A stretch of 64,000 nt of DNA from a bacterium (GCA_963676395.1 OY781066.1:1760001-1824000), one strand, 5' to 3'. Counted from the first letter of the stretch, positions 1 through 8,605 are shown. Made by a program: numbers and translations. Notes: a model not told the origin generated them from the letters alone.

Positions 1-1
1 G

Positions 2-1777
2 AATACGGCACGTACTCAAGCGGAGATCCGGGAATATATGTGTGAAGACGTCACCGGTGCCACCGGTTTGGTCGCATATTATCAAATGAGTGATGGCACA
101 GGAACCTCCTTAACGGACAATAGCGGTAATAGCATTACAGGAACGCTGACTAACATGGACAACAGCGATTGGGTCAACGATAACCAGATCCCAAACGGCG
201 ATGGAAGCACAATGCCCTACCAGATCAACGGATTGAACCAACTTTATTGGTTGTCTCAGAATTCCGCTTATTGGAGCGCGGACTTTGACCAGATCACCGA
301 TATTACCGCCACGGCAACCGAGAGCTGGGACGGGGGCGCAGGATTTACTCCGATCGGAAACAACAGTACCAGATTTACCGGAACGTATGATGGGAATAAT
401 TATGTGATCAATGACTTAAATATTGATAGAAATACCCAGATCGGTGTTGGTTTGTTCGGATATGCTTATAGCGGTGCTGCCATATCAAACGTGCATGTAT
501 TAAATATGATTATGAGTGGTGATTTTGGGATCGGGGGTGTTGTGGGTGCTTTAAATTCATCAAGTATTAGTCAATGTTCATCAACCGGTACGATCTCTTG
601 CAATCGCTATGCCGGCGGATTAGTCGGTAACTTGAACAGTGGAACGGTCAGCGAATGTTTCTCATCGGCATCAGTTAGTTACAGACCCGGGGGTAGCGGT
701 GAAGGTCTCGGGGGACTGGCAGGCTATTCCGCTGGAACGATCCGTGATTGCTATGCAACCGGTGATATCAGTGGTGATTATAATGTTGGGGGGCTCACGG
801 GAGCCGGTTTTTCGGGATCATCAACCATAAATTGTTATTCCACAGGCAGTGTCAGCGGAAGTTCACTTACTGGAGGCTTTATGGGATATGCAGACCCCGG
901 AAATGAAGATCCGTTCGACCCTTGGATGAATGAGCCGGCAGCTGTAATCACAGCTTGTTTCTGGGATACGGAAGCATCGGGTAATGCCACCAGCGATGCC
1001 GGAGCCGGTAAAACAACGGCCGAAATGAAAACACTATCCACTTACACTGATTCCAGTTGGGACTTTATTGATGAAACTGTGAATGGCACCGATAATTATT
1101 GGGGTATCAATAACGAACAACATGACGGTTATCCTTTCCTAGCTTGGGAAGATTATACTCATAACTACAGCGATACGCCTCTGCCTGTCACCTTGGCATC
1201 TTTTAAAGCTACAGATGTTAAAGGCAAGGTCAAACTGACCTGGACCACTGAAAGTGAAACGCAAAATCTGGGTTATGTGCTGGAACGAAAAGTCAATAAT
1301 TCGGATTGGTGTGAAATCGCAAGCTATGTGAGTGACGCTGCATTGCAAGGGCGTGGAACGACCAGCGAAACGCATGATTATATCTATACAGACCGTGATG
1401 TGATTGCCGGTCAAACATATGGATATCGCTTAAGCGATGTCAGTGAAAGTAATGTGATCACCGAATTGGGCGTTGTTGAAGTCACGGTTGATGCTTCAGA
1501 CGATCTGACACCGGCAAACTTCGGATTGACCAACGCTTATCCTAATCCCTTCAACCCGGTTTTGACCATTCAGTATAACCTGACAGAAAGTGCTCAGACA
1601 ACGATCAAGATCCTGAACCTGGTGGGCCAGACGGTCGCCGTGCTGGATAATGGCTTCCGAGCCGCCGGTTTTCATGAGCTACAGTGGCAAGCGGATCATG
1701 CAGCATCGGGGATTTATTTTATCGAGATCATTTCTGGTAAGAAAAAAGATTTTAACAAGATATTATTAGCAAAGTAA
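2..1777 (+). CDS. Secreted GLUG-repeat protein with LamG-like tail, Ig-like domain and T9SS-type C-terminal sorting domain (5' truncated by window)
   Basis: Frame is open from base 2 (NTARTQAEIREYMC..GLVAYYQM, LamG-like end). Contains GLUG repeats (GGLVG, GGLAG, GGLTG, CYATGDISG), an LPVTLASF linker and a C-terminal AYPNPFNP...SGIYFIEI...KILLAK. Confidence 0.85.
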   Translation, partial: NTARTQAEIREYMCEDVTGATGLVAYYQMSDGTGTSLTDNSGNSITGTLTNMDNSDWVNDNQIPNGDGSTMPYQINGLNQLYWLSQNSAYWSADFDQITDITATATESWDGGAGFTPIGNNSTRFTGTYDGNNYVINDLNIDRNTQIGVGLFGYAYSGAAISNVHVLNMIMSGDFGIGGVVGALNSSSISQCSSTGTISCNRYAGGLVGNLNSGTVSECFSSASVSYRPGGSGEGLGGLAGYSAGTIRDCYATGDISGDYNVGGLTGAGFSGSSTINCYSTGSVSGSSLTGGFMGYADPGNEDPFDPWMNEPAAVITACFWDTEASGNATSDAGAGKTTAEMKTLSTYTDSSWDFIDETVNGTDNYWGINNEQHDGYPFLAWEDYTHNYSDTPLPVTLASFKATDVKGKVKLTWTTESETQNLGYVLERKVNNSDWCEIASYVSDAALQGRGTTSETHDYIYTDRDVIAGQTYGYRLSDVSESNVITELGVVEVTVDASDDLTPANFGLTNAYPNPFNPVLTIQYNLTESAQTTIKILNLVGQTVAVLDNGFRAAGFHELQWQADHAASGIYFIEIISGKKKDFNKILLAK

Positions 1778-1822
1778 AATGAATTAATAAGAAGACGAAT
1801 AGATAAAATAAATAATTATTAA

Positions 1823-1850
1823 TTGACAATTTTATATTTATTTTTATCTT
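1823..1850 (+). promoter_or_regulatory. Putative sigma70 promoter for the 1989-6003 operon
   Basis: TTGACA(1823-1828)-N16-TATCTT in a very AT-rich intergenic gap. Confidence 0.4.
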
Positions 1851-1988
1851 TTGGTACATTATATTGACTTATGTTTAATAATTAATGATAACACAATAAA
1901 TTACTATTTGAGCTTATTTAAATAATGTGAGTAGCTATGCAAGTTGAGTTGATTTGTAAGTTATTGATTTATAGGAAATTATAAAGCT

Positions 1989-2213
1989 ATGGAAAAAGAT
2001 CCAAAAAACGTCAAGAAAGAAACGACGGTTCCGGTTGAAGGTTCACTTGGGCTATTGGCATTGGGTGCTGTAGGGATTCGTGCATGGAAAGAAAGAAGAA
2101 AAGAAGTCGGATATATTAATCTTAATACCAATTTCATTAAGAAAAAACCGGAGGGGTTGAAGGCCGAGGCAAACAAGAAAACTCAGGTCCAAGGAAAAGA
2201 GGACAAAAAATGA
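1989..2213 (+). CDS. Small protein consisting mainly of a PEP-CTERM-like motif (VPVEGSLGLLALGAVGIRAWKERR)
   Basis: 74-aa ORF with AGGA upstream; its stop overlaps the next start (ATGA 2210-2213); VP-x-x motif, hydrophobic helix, then basic cluster. Confidence 0.75.
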   Translation: MEKDPKNVKKETTVPVEGSLGLLALGAVGIRAWKERRKEVGYINLNTNFIKKKPEGLKAEANKKTQVQGKEDKK

Positions 2214-4225
2214 GTAAACGCAAAGCGAATAAAGTCCTCTTGATTGGTTGGGACGCCGCCGACTGGAAAGTGATCAACAAACTCATTGATGAAGGCAAAA
2301 TGCCCACGATGAGCAAATTCGTGAATGAAGGTGTGATGGGAAATCTTGCAACATTAGATCCTCCTCTATCACCCATGCTTTGGACCAGTATAGCCACCGG
2401 TAAACACGCCGATGAACACGGCATTATGGGCTTTATACAGCCCAACAAGAATGGTGACGGCGTTACGCCCGTACTGTCTACCTCCCGAAAAGTAAAAGCC
2501 TTGTGGAATATCCTCATGCAGGAAGGTATGAAGTCCAATGTTGTTAGCTGGTGGCCCTCGCATCCCGCTGAACCCATTGATGGAATATATGTTTCAAACT
2601 TTTATCATAAACTCAGCAGTCGCGTCAATTTTCAAAAGCCTATGTCGGACTCAACGGTTCACCCAAAGGAATTACACAAAATCCTTGAAGATTTACGCGT
2701 TTTCCCATGGGAATTGACAAGCGAGCATTTACTCCCCTTTGTGCCGAATGCGGCCAAGATCAACCAAGAAAAAGATTACCGTCTGAATTCGATCGCTAAA
2801 ATTCTTGCCGAGACGGCGACTATTCATTCTGCGGCCACCTATGTAATGGAAAACAGTGAATGGGACCTCATGGCCGTTTACTACGATGGCATTGATCACT
2901 TCGGTCACGGTTTTATGAATTATTATCCGCCAAAGATGGAAAAAGTCGAACAAAAAGATTTTGAACTCTACAAAGGTGTGGTTGAAGCCGGTTACCGTTT
3001 TCATGATATGATGCTGGAGCGTTTGCTTGAATTGGCGGGTGAAAACACTACGGTTATTATTTGCTCCGACCATGGATTTCATTCGGATCACTTGCGCCCA
3101 AAAAGCTTATCAAAAGCTCCTGCCGCTCCTGCTGCGCAACATCGACCGTTTGGAATTTTTGCCGCGAAAGGCCTTCATATTAAAAAAGATGAGATCGTTT
3201 ACGGTTCTACAATATTGGATATTACTCCGACTATTCTGGATCTATTTGGATTGCCTATCGGTGAAGACATGGTGGGAAAACCCATTTTGCAGATGTACGA
3301 AAATCCTGAAGCGCCTGATTATATCCCATCCTGGGAAAACGTTCCCGGTGAATGTGGCATGCATGCCGAAGAACAGCGAAGCGATCCCTGGGCGGACAAA
3401 GAAGCCATGGAGCAGCTGATCGCACTGGGATATATTGAAGCACCGGGTGAAGATGTAAAAGAATATGTCGATAAAACGGCACGTGAATCCAAATTCTATC
3501 TTGCTCGTACATATCTTGACTCTAATCGCCCTCAGAAGGCGTTGGATATTCTCGAAACTATTTATAAAGAAGCACCTGATCAAGCTCGTTATGGTCAGTA
3601 TCTGATCAAATGTTATCTTGAATTGAATCGTCCTGACGATGGGATGAGGGTTCTTGAAAAATTAAGAAAGGCTTTTCCAAAAAGTGTAACACAAGCCAAT
3701 TTGTTGGAAGCACGCTTATGGCTGAAAAAAGGCGACATTGATCTTGCACAAGATTTTCTTGAAAAAGCAAAGAATATGTCAGAGGATAATTTTACGGCCA
3801 CGCTAGAACTGGGAAACGTTTACTTAATGAAAAAGATGTATACCAAAGCCGAAACATGCTATTTGGAATGTATTAAAATCAATCCCAGTTCACCTATGAG
3901 CCATTTTGGTTTAGGCAGAACTTATCTTCAACTGGAAAAGAACATGGATGCGGCTGAGCAATTGATAACTGCCGTCTCCTTGAAATATTTTTTCCCGGTA
4001 GCGCATTACTTTCTTGGTGATGCCTTGTTGAGGTTGAACTATCGCGAGAGAGCGCTGGAGGCCTATCAGATCGCTATTCAACAGGCACCGGGGATGGAAA
4101 AAGCACATAAGCGATTGATCAAGCTTTATAAGGAGATTTTTGACATGCCGGATAAGGCTAAGGAGCATGAAGATTTCATTAAAGAAAAGATTGAACCGAT
4201 CAAAAAGAAGAAAGAGAAAGCATGA
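2210..4225 (+). CDS. Alkaline phosphatase superfamily (type I phosphodiesterase/NPP-like) protein with C-terminal TPR repeats
   Basis: Motifs LLIGWDAADW, LSPMLWTSIATG, DGIDHFGH, SDHGF, ILDITPTIL, EQLIALGYI, followed by TPR helices (HFGLGRTYLQL, AHYFLGDALL); no signal peptide. Confidence 0.85.
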   Translation: MSKRKANKVLLIGWDAADWKVINKLIDEGKMPTMSKFVNEGVMGNLATLDPPLSPMLWTSIATGKHADEHGIMGFIQPNKNGDGVTPVLSTSRKVKALWNILMQEGMKSNVVSWWPSHPAEPIDGIYVSNFYHKLSSRVNFQKPMSDSTVHPKELHKILEDLRVFPWELTSEHLLPFVPNAAKINQEKDYRLNSIAKILAETATIHSAATYVMENSEWDLMAVYYDGIDHFGHGFMNYYPPKMEKVEQKDFELYKGVVEAGYRFHDMMLERLLELAGENTTVIICSDHGFHSDHLRPKSLSKAPAAPAAQHRPFGIFAAKGLHIKKDEIVYGSTILDITPTILDLFGLPIGEDMVGKPILQMYENPEAPDYIPSWENVPGECGMHAEEQRSDPWADKEAMEQLIALGYIEAPGEDVKEYVDKTARESKFYLARTYLDSNRPQKALDILETIYKEAPDQARYGQYLIKCYLELNRPDDGMRVLEKLRKAFPKSVTQANLLEARLWLKKGDIDLAQDFLEKAKNMSEDNFTATLELGNVYLMKKMYTKAETCYLECIKINPSSPMSHFGLGRTYLQLEKNMDAAEQLITAVSLKYFFPVAHYFLGDALLRLNYRERALEAYQIAIQQAPGMEKAHKRLIKLYKEIFDMPDKAKEHEDFIKEKIEPIKKKKEKA

Positions 4226-4788
4226 TCACGATCGTATCCGGATTACCCAGAAGCGGAACCTCACTCATGATGCAAATGCTTGAAAAAGGCGGTATGCCGA
4301 TTTTGACGGACGGTGTTCGTAAACCTGACGATAATAATCAAAACGGCTATTATGAATATGAAAAAGTAAAAGGCCTGATGAAGGATAACAGTTGGCTGGA
4401 TGAGGCTGAAGGTAAGGTGGTTAAAGTAATATCCGGATTACTGTCGTTTTTATCTGACAATCATGAATATAAGATAATCTTAATGCGACGGGATATTGAA
4501 GAAGTATTAAGCTCTCAGGCTAAAATGCTGGAACGGCTGGGCACCTCTCAAAAAGTCGACCCCGGGATCCTAAAGATGACCTTTGAAAAACAATTTGAGA
4601 TGGTCAGGACAATGATGCTGAAGAAAGAGAATATGCAGTTTGTTGAAATTTCGTATCGTGATCTTGTGTTGGCACCCGAAAATGAGATTAAAAAGATCAA
4701 CGGATTTTTTGGAAATATTTTTAATCAAGAAATAATGATCACGGCGATTGATAAAACACTTTATAGAGAAAAGAAATTGGATCTGTAA
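4222..4788 (+). CDS. Sulfotransferase family protein
   Basis: 5'-PSB loop VSGLPRSGTSLMMQML, NQNGYYE, 3'-PB motif ILMRRDIEEVLSS; ATGA overlap with the upstream gene. Confidence 0.85.
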   Translation: MITIVSGLPRSGTSLMMQMLEKGGMPILTDGVRKPDDNNQNGYYEYEKVKGLMKDNSWLDEAEGKVVKVISGLLSFLSDNHEYKIILMRRDIEEVLSSQAKMLERLGTSQKVDPGILKMTFEKQFEMVRTMMLKKENMQFVEISYRDLVLAPENEIKKINGFFGNIFNQEIMITAIDKTLYREKKLDL

Positions 4789-4809
4789 AGCAAAAAATGG
4801 AGATAGAAA

Positions 4810-6003
4810 ATGAAAAAGAAAACATCACGTACCGTAGAGAAACTGCAATTAAATAAGATTGCGGGTTATTCCTTGCTTACCGGAGCAACTATGTTGCTGG
4901 CACCGATAAGCGCTAAAGCGGATATTGTTCATGTGGATCCCGAGGATATTATTGTAGACAAATCAAACAACTATGACATTGATATTGATAATAATGGGAT
5001 CAATGATTTTAAAATTCGACAAGGAGATATAAATTTGCCATTTTCATCATACCAGTCAGATCTTACAGTAAGTGCTTATGAAGGAAATTATATTTCTACA
5101 TCAAATGGATGGATTGCAAAACAATCGAGCAGTATTTCAGTTAACAGCGCGAATATTTGGAAGAACGCCGCTCGCTTTTTAAGTGGTACTAGATATTATA
5201 GTAGTTCTTGGATGACATTAAATGGGAATTGGGAAAGCAATGCCGATGAAAAGTATTTTGGTATTAAATTTGATATTTCCGGTTCAACCCATTATGGCTG
5301 GATAAGGGCTAGCGTAGAGAACAATGTAGGAGATTTAAAGGTCACCATTCATGATTGGGCCTACGAGGATCAGCCGAATACTTCGATAAAGACAGGCGAG
5401 ACGGTTCTTCCCATTGAATTGGCGAATTTTGCTATTGACGAAGAAGACGGAGCTGTGCGGTTGAATTGGCAAACCGCCTCCGAGACTGAGAACAGCGGGT
5501 TTATTATTCAGAGGAAAACTGTTGGTTCCGATTGGGAAAACTTAGTTGATTTTTATAGCGATCCTAAACTGGCAGGACAAGGGACAACAAGTGAAACACA
5601 TGATTATTCCTGGTTGGATAATAGTGTTGAGCCTGGAATGAGCTACCAATACCGTCTGGGTGATGTCGATCATGCGAATACGATCGTTTGGCACGATGCA
5701 GTTGACATTACGGTCTCTGAAGAACTCGCGCACATGCCGGCTGAGTTCGGTTTGCAGTCAGCATTTCCCAACCCATTTAATCCCACGCTCACTATTCGAT
5801 ACGATTTGACCGAAAGTGCCAAGACTAGCGTTAAGATTTTAGATCTGGCGGGCCAGACGGTCGCCGTGCTGGATAATGGTTTCCGAGCTGCCGGTTCTCA
5901 TGAGCTGCAGTGGCGGGCGGATGATGCTGCATCAGGGATCTATTTTGTGCAGTTGCAATCCGGGGATCAACTTGATTTTCAGAAAGTACTTTTAGTTAAA
6001 TAA
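4810..6003 (+). CDS. Secreted protein (HYGWIR...WAYE domain) with Ig-like domain and T9SS-type CTD
   Basis: Signal peptide ending AKA-DIVH; DIDNNGINDF; YFGIKF..THYGWIR..DWAYEDQPN; LPIELANF linker; AFPNPFNP...SGIYFVQL...KVLLVK. Confidence 0.85.
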   Translation: MKKKTSRTVEKLQLNKIAGYSLLTGATMLLAPISAKADIVHVDPEDIIVDKSNNYDIDIDNNGINDFKIRQGDINLPFSSYQSDLTVSAYEGNYISTSNGWIAKQSSSISVNSANIWKNAARFLSGTRYYSSSWMTLNGNWESNADEKYFGIKFDISGSTHYGWIRASVENNVGDLKVTIHDWAYEDQPNTSIKTGETVLPIELANFAIDEEDGAVRLNWQTASETENSGFIIQRKTVGSDWENLVDFYSDPKLAGQGTTSETHDYSWLDNSVEPGMSYQYRLGDVDHANTIVWHDAVDITVSEELAHMPAEFGLQSAFPNPFNPTLTIRYDLTESAKTSVKILDLAGQTVAVLDNGFRAAGSHELQWRADDAASGIYFVQLQSGDQLDFQKVLLVK

Positions 6004-6024
6004 TTAAATTTAAATGATATTGAC

Positions 6025-6044
6025 TGGCCGGCAATTGCCGGCCA
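6025..6044 (+). terminator. GC-rich palindrome/terminator after the 1989-6003 operon
   Basis: Perfect 20-bp palindrome TGGCCGGCAATTGCCGGCCA followed by TTT. Confidence 0.55.
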
Positions 6045-6052
6045 TTTACATA

Positions 6053-6081
6053 TTGACATTTAAAAAATAAATACTTATTAT
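6053..6081 (+). promoter_or_regulatory. Putative sigma70 promoter
   Basis: TTGACA-N17-TATTAT upstream of the ORF at 6124. Confidence 0.55.
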
Positions 6082-6123
6082 TATATGTTAGTAAAATAAA
6101 TGTAATTAAGTAAAGGAAATAAC

Positions 6124-6801
6124 ATGAGGACTATAATTTTACAATTGAAAAATGTATTTCAATTAGTTGTAATTGTATTTCTGGGCTTTCTTTTTATAGA
6201 TTGTGATTTGAATATTTTCAAACCTAATCAAAGGGAATATTTCCCGGTTTCAGTCGGCAATACTTGGACTTTTAATTCGATATATAAGTATTGGTATAAT
6301 GATCTTGGAACATCATCTAAGAATCATTATGAAGGAGTAGAAATCTGGGAAATTATAGCTAATAATGGTGATACACTAACTTTAGAAATTAGTTTTAACG
6401 GATATAGTTATTTTCTGGTTTATTATGATGATTGTGATCTTTATGGGGGTCCTTATTTAGATTCGACTCGAATAGATGTTAGGAAAGTAATTAAATTATT
6501 ACCACAAAATAGTTGTTGGAAATATAACTCAACCACTGAGTCAAATACTTCGTTTAACAAAATACCAGGCTTGATGCTTATAAAAGATTCTGGAATTCCA
6601 TATAAAATAGACAGCAATGAACTTGTAGTTCGAGACACGATTTATGATACCTCCGATGACCATTCAGGAGATATATCTGGTTATTTGTATTGGGATATCA
6701 CGTTACACCAGGGACCAATATTTGGGAAGCGACTCGAATCAACATGGTATTGGGGTAATAGCCAGAGTATTGAATTGTTATTTCATTCTTTGAATGAGTA
6801 A
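6124..6801 (+). CDS. Hypothetical exported protein/lipoprotein
   Basis: AAGGA RBS; hydrophobic N-terminus ending in Cys; YFPVSVGNTWTF motif typical of FCB lipoproteins. Confidence 0.65.
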   Translation: MRTIILQLKNVFQLVVIVFLGFLFIDCDLNIFKPNQREYFPVSVGNTWTFNSIYKYWYNDLGTSSKNHYEGVEIWEIIANNGDTLTLEISFNGYSYFLVYYDDCDLYGGPYLDSTRIDVRKVIKLLPQNSCWKYNSTTESNTSFNKIPGLMLIKDSGIPYKIDSNELVVRDTIYDTSDDHSGDISGYLYWDITLHQGPIFGKRLESTWYWGNSQSIELLFHSLNE

Positions 6802-6846
6802 ATGTATACGGAACAGGCGTGCCTGTTTCGAATAATTGAGATATAT

Positions 6847-6874
6847 AAAGAGACGCAAATTCTTGCGTCTCTTT
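6847..6874. repeat. REP-like palindrome/terminator
   Basis: AAAGAGACGCAA-ATTC-TTGCGTCTCTTT; a second hairpin GAACAGGCGTGCCTGTTTC lies just upstream. Confidence 0.5.
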
Positions 6875-6899
6875 TATTTTCGCATGATATTGCAACTTC

Positions 6900-6928
6900 T
6901 TGACAAATCGGGAGTTAAAGGGTATATT
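6900..6928 (+). promoter_or_regulatory. ssrA promoter
   Basis: TTGACA-N17-TATATT, 18 bp before the tmRNA 5' end. Confidence 0.75.
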
Positions 6929-6946
6929 AGTCAGCTTTTTGATATT

Positions 6947-7295
6947 GGGGGTGTAAAGGTTTCGACAGGGCGGGTAGGTCGGAATGTAAGCGTGTCGTGG
7001 TGTTCAGGATCCCACGTAAATCAATCTGAAATTCAATTTAAATGCAGATAATTTTGCATACGCTGCTTAATTAAATAGTAGCCGTCCATCCAGGCTTTGT
7101 TCGTGGGTTTGGAATGGGCGCCATTTTACGAACTCGCATTTGCCAGTGATTGCGGGGTAAATGTTAAAAACTGCGATCTGGTTCTTTTTGTATTTGATCA
7201 TTGATGCATAAAGAATAAGAAATCTCGATGATCTACGCACGTAGAAAGCATCTTGGTCTCCGTTTTGGACCCGGGTTCGATTCCCGGCACCTCCA
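6947..7295 (+). ncRNA. ssrA: tmRNA; tag reading frame ADNFAYAA* at 7044-7070
   Basis: 5' GGGGGTGTAAAGGTTTCGAC; 3' GGACCCGGGTTCGATTCCCGGCACCTCCA (T-arm plus Ala acceptor stem with G.U pair); internal GCA GAT AAT TTT GCA TAC GCT GCT TAA; terminal CCA not fully encoded. Confidence 0.95.
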
Positions 7296-7409
7296 CACTT
7301 CGCTCGAAGCGTGAAGTGTGCCCTTCGAAGTTCATCTTTAGATGAACGAAGAATGGGCTGATCAAATAAAACCATTCTTAAACACTCTTCGAGCTACGCA
7401 TGGCAGGCC
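7294..7409. repeat. Cluster of CTTCG/CGAAG-type hairpins downstream of ssrA
   Basis: CACACTTC..GAAGTGTG; GTTCATCT-TT-AGATGAAC; CTTCGAGCTACGCATGGCAGGCC. Confidence 0.55.
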
Positions 7410-7414
7410 ACAAT

Positions 7415-7432
7415 TTGTGATGTACATCACAA
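7415..7432. promoter_or_regulatory. CRP/FNR- or Rex-like operator palindrome
   Basis: Perfect 18-bp palindrome TTGTGATGTACATCACAA (TGTGA-N6-TCACA). Confidence 0.45.
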
Positions 7433-7480
7433 TTAGTAATTCTTTCCTGAATTTGCCTGAAATATTAATTATTTTTAGAT

Positions 7481-7726
7481 ATGTATTATGTTTACATCCT
7501 GAAAAGTGAAATCAATTCAAAAGAAACATATACAGGTTATAGCAGTGATCTGAAAAAGCGATTAACCGCGCATAACAATGGTGAGTGTAGGCATACTTCA
7601 AAATATAGGCTATGGAAAGTTATTTGGTACAGTGCTTTTGAAGATAAATTAAAAGCAATTCAGTTTAAAAAATACCTGAAATCCAGTTCAGGAAAAGCAT
7701 TTACAAATAAAGGATTAATTAATTGA
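7481..7726 (+). CDS. Small GIY-YIG nuclease family protein, probably inactivated
   Basis: YYVYILKS..YTGYSSDLKKRLTAHNNG..HTSKYR; FKKYLK in place of the usual FEKYLK. Confidence 0.85.
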   Translation: MYYVYILKSEINSKETYTGYSSDLKKRLTAHNNGECRHTSKYRLWKVIWYSAFEDKLKAIQFKKYLKSSSGKAFTNKGLIN

Positions 7727-7990
7727 TTCGCTCGAAGAGACAATAATCAAACTCTAATAACCAACTATTGAACTACGCTGTAGTTCTTATTTTTTTGGAT
7801 AACTTTTCTATACTATTTGACCACTCTGTGGTCCCTTCGAATAAAGAACAATAGAAAATTAAGCACTCGAATAATAAAGAAGAAGCTATATTATTTCAGA
7901 ATTCTTATAGAGCAATGGATAATTATTTGATTTATGAGTAAAGCCATCAAGTAAATCCTGTTATCCTGTCGAAATAAATCCGGTCAATGG

Positions 7991-8605
7991 CTATAAGCTA
8001 AACATCAAAAACCCCGTAAATGCCGCATTGCTGGGGGAGAGGCTTGGGTCGACCTGCTTTTTCATTTCATGTATATATGTTCTGTATCTTTTGTAGAAAT
8101 CATAGCTGGGCCGTGGTCTGTAGATCAGATCATCCAACTCCAAAAAGTTGATGATATTTTTAGTGGTCGTGGGTTTAACAAAGATCTCTTCGGTGGGTTT
8201 ATAGTAAGTCCCGAAGACGGTAGTCAACGTCCATTTTGCTAATTTAACTCTTCTCAGGATATCAACCATGAATTCAAAGCCTTTTTCTTGGTCCCCGTGC
8301 AGGAATTCGTAAAGGGATTGAGCCAGGAATTCCTTTTGTCCCATGTCTAATGAATTTACATAATCCCTGTATTTGGGTTTCTCAAAAAGTGATACCATGG
8401 TTGATTTTTTAACCATTTCGATCATTTTGGGTACGATAAGATCCAGTCGGGTGAATTTTTCCGGAGCAAAGCTTTCTTGAGCAAAAGCGATAAGCTTATC
8501 CATTTTATGTTTTTTACCCACTTCGATCATTTCCGGAGAATTAAAGCCCTTGGGATATCTGGCCAAAAATTCTTGTTCGGCAGCTTTTAGTCTTTCTATA
8601 TTCAT
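7991..8605 (-). CDS. Conserved hypothetical protein
   Basis: 204-aa ORF with AAGGA RBS; protein-like sequence (MVSLFEKPKYRD, KLAKWT, FVKPTT, PSNAAFTGFLM). Confidence 0.75.
   Translation of the reverse strand: MNIERLKAAEQEFLARYPKGFNSPEMIEVGKKHKMDKLIAFAQESFAPEKFTRLDLIVPKMIEMVKKSTMVSLFEKPKYRDYVNSLDMGQKEFLAQSLYEFLHGDQEKGFEFMVDILRRVKLAKWTLTTVFGTYYKPTEEIFVKPTTTKNIINFLELDDLIYRPRPSYDFYKRYRTYIHEMKKQVDPSLSPSNAAFTGFLMFSL

Noticed and set aside
1624..5946. DGR template/variable repeat pair
   Set aside because: Mismatches are not restricted to adenines, both copies are coding, and no reverse transcriptase is in the window.
6836..7375. ORFs 6836-7051(+) and 7067-7375(-)
   Set aside because: They overlap the tmRNA gene and its promoter, so they are shadow ORFs.
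7740..7990. Possible pseudogene fragment downstream of the GIY-YIG gene
   Set aside because: No recognisable protein motif or sustained reading frame.
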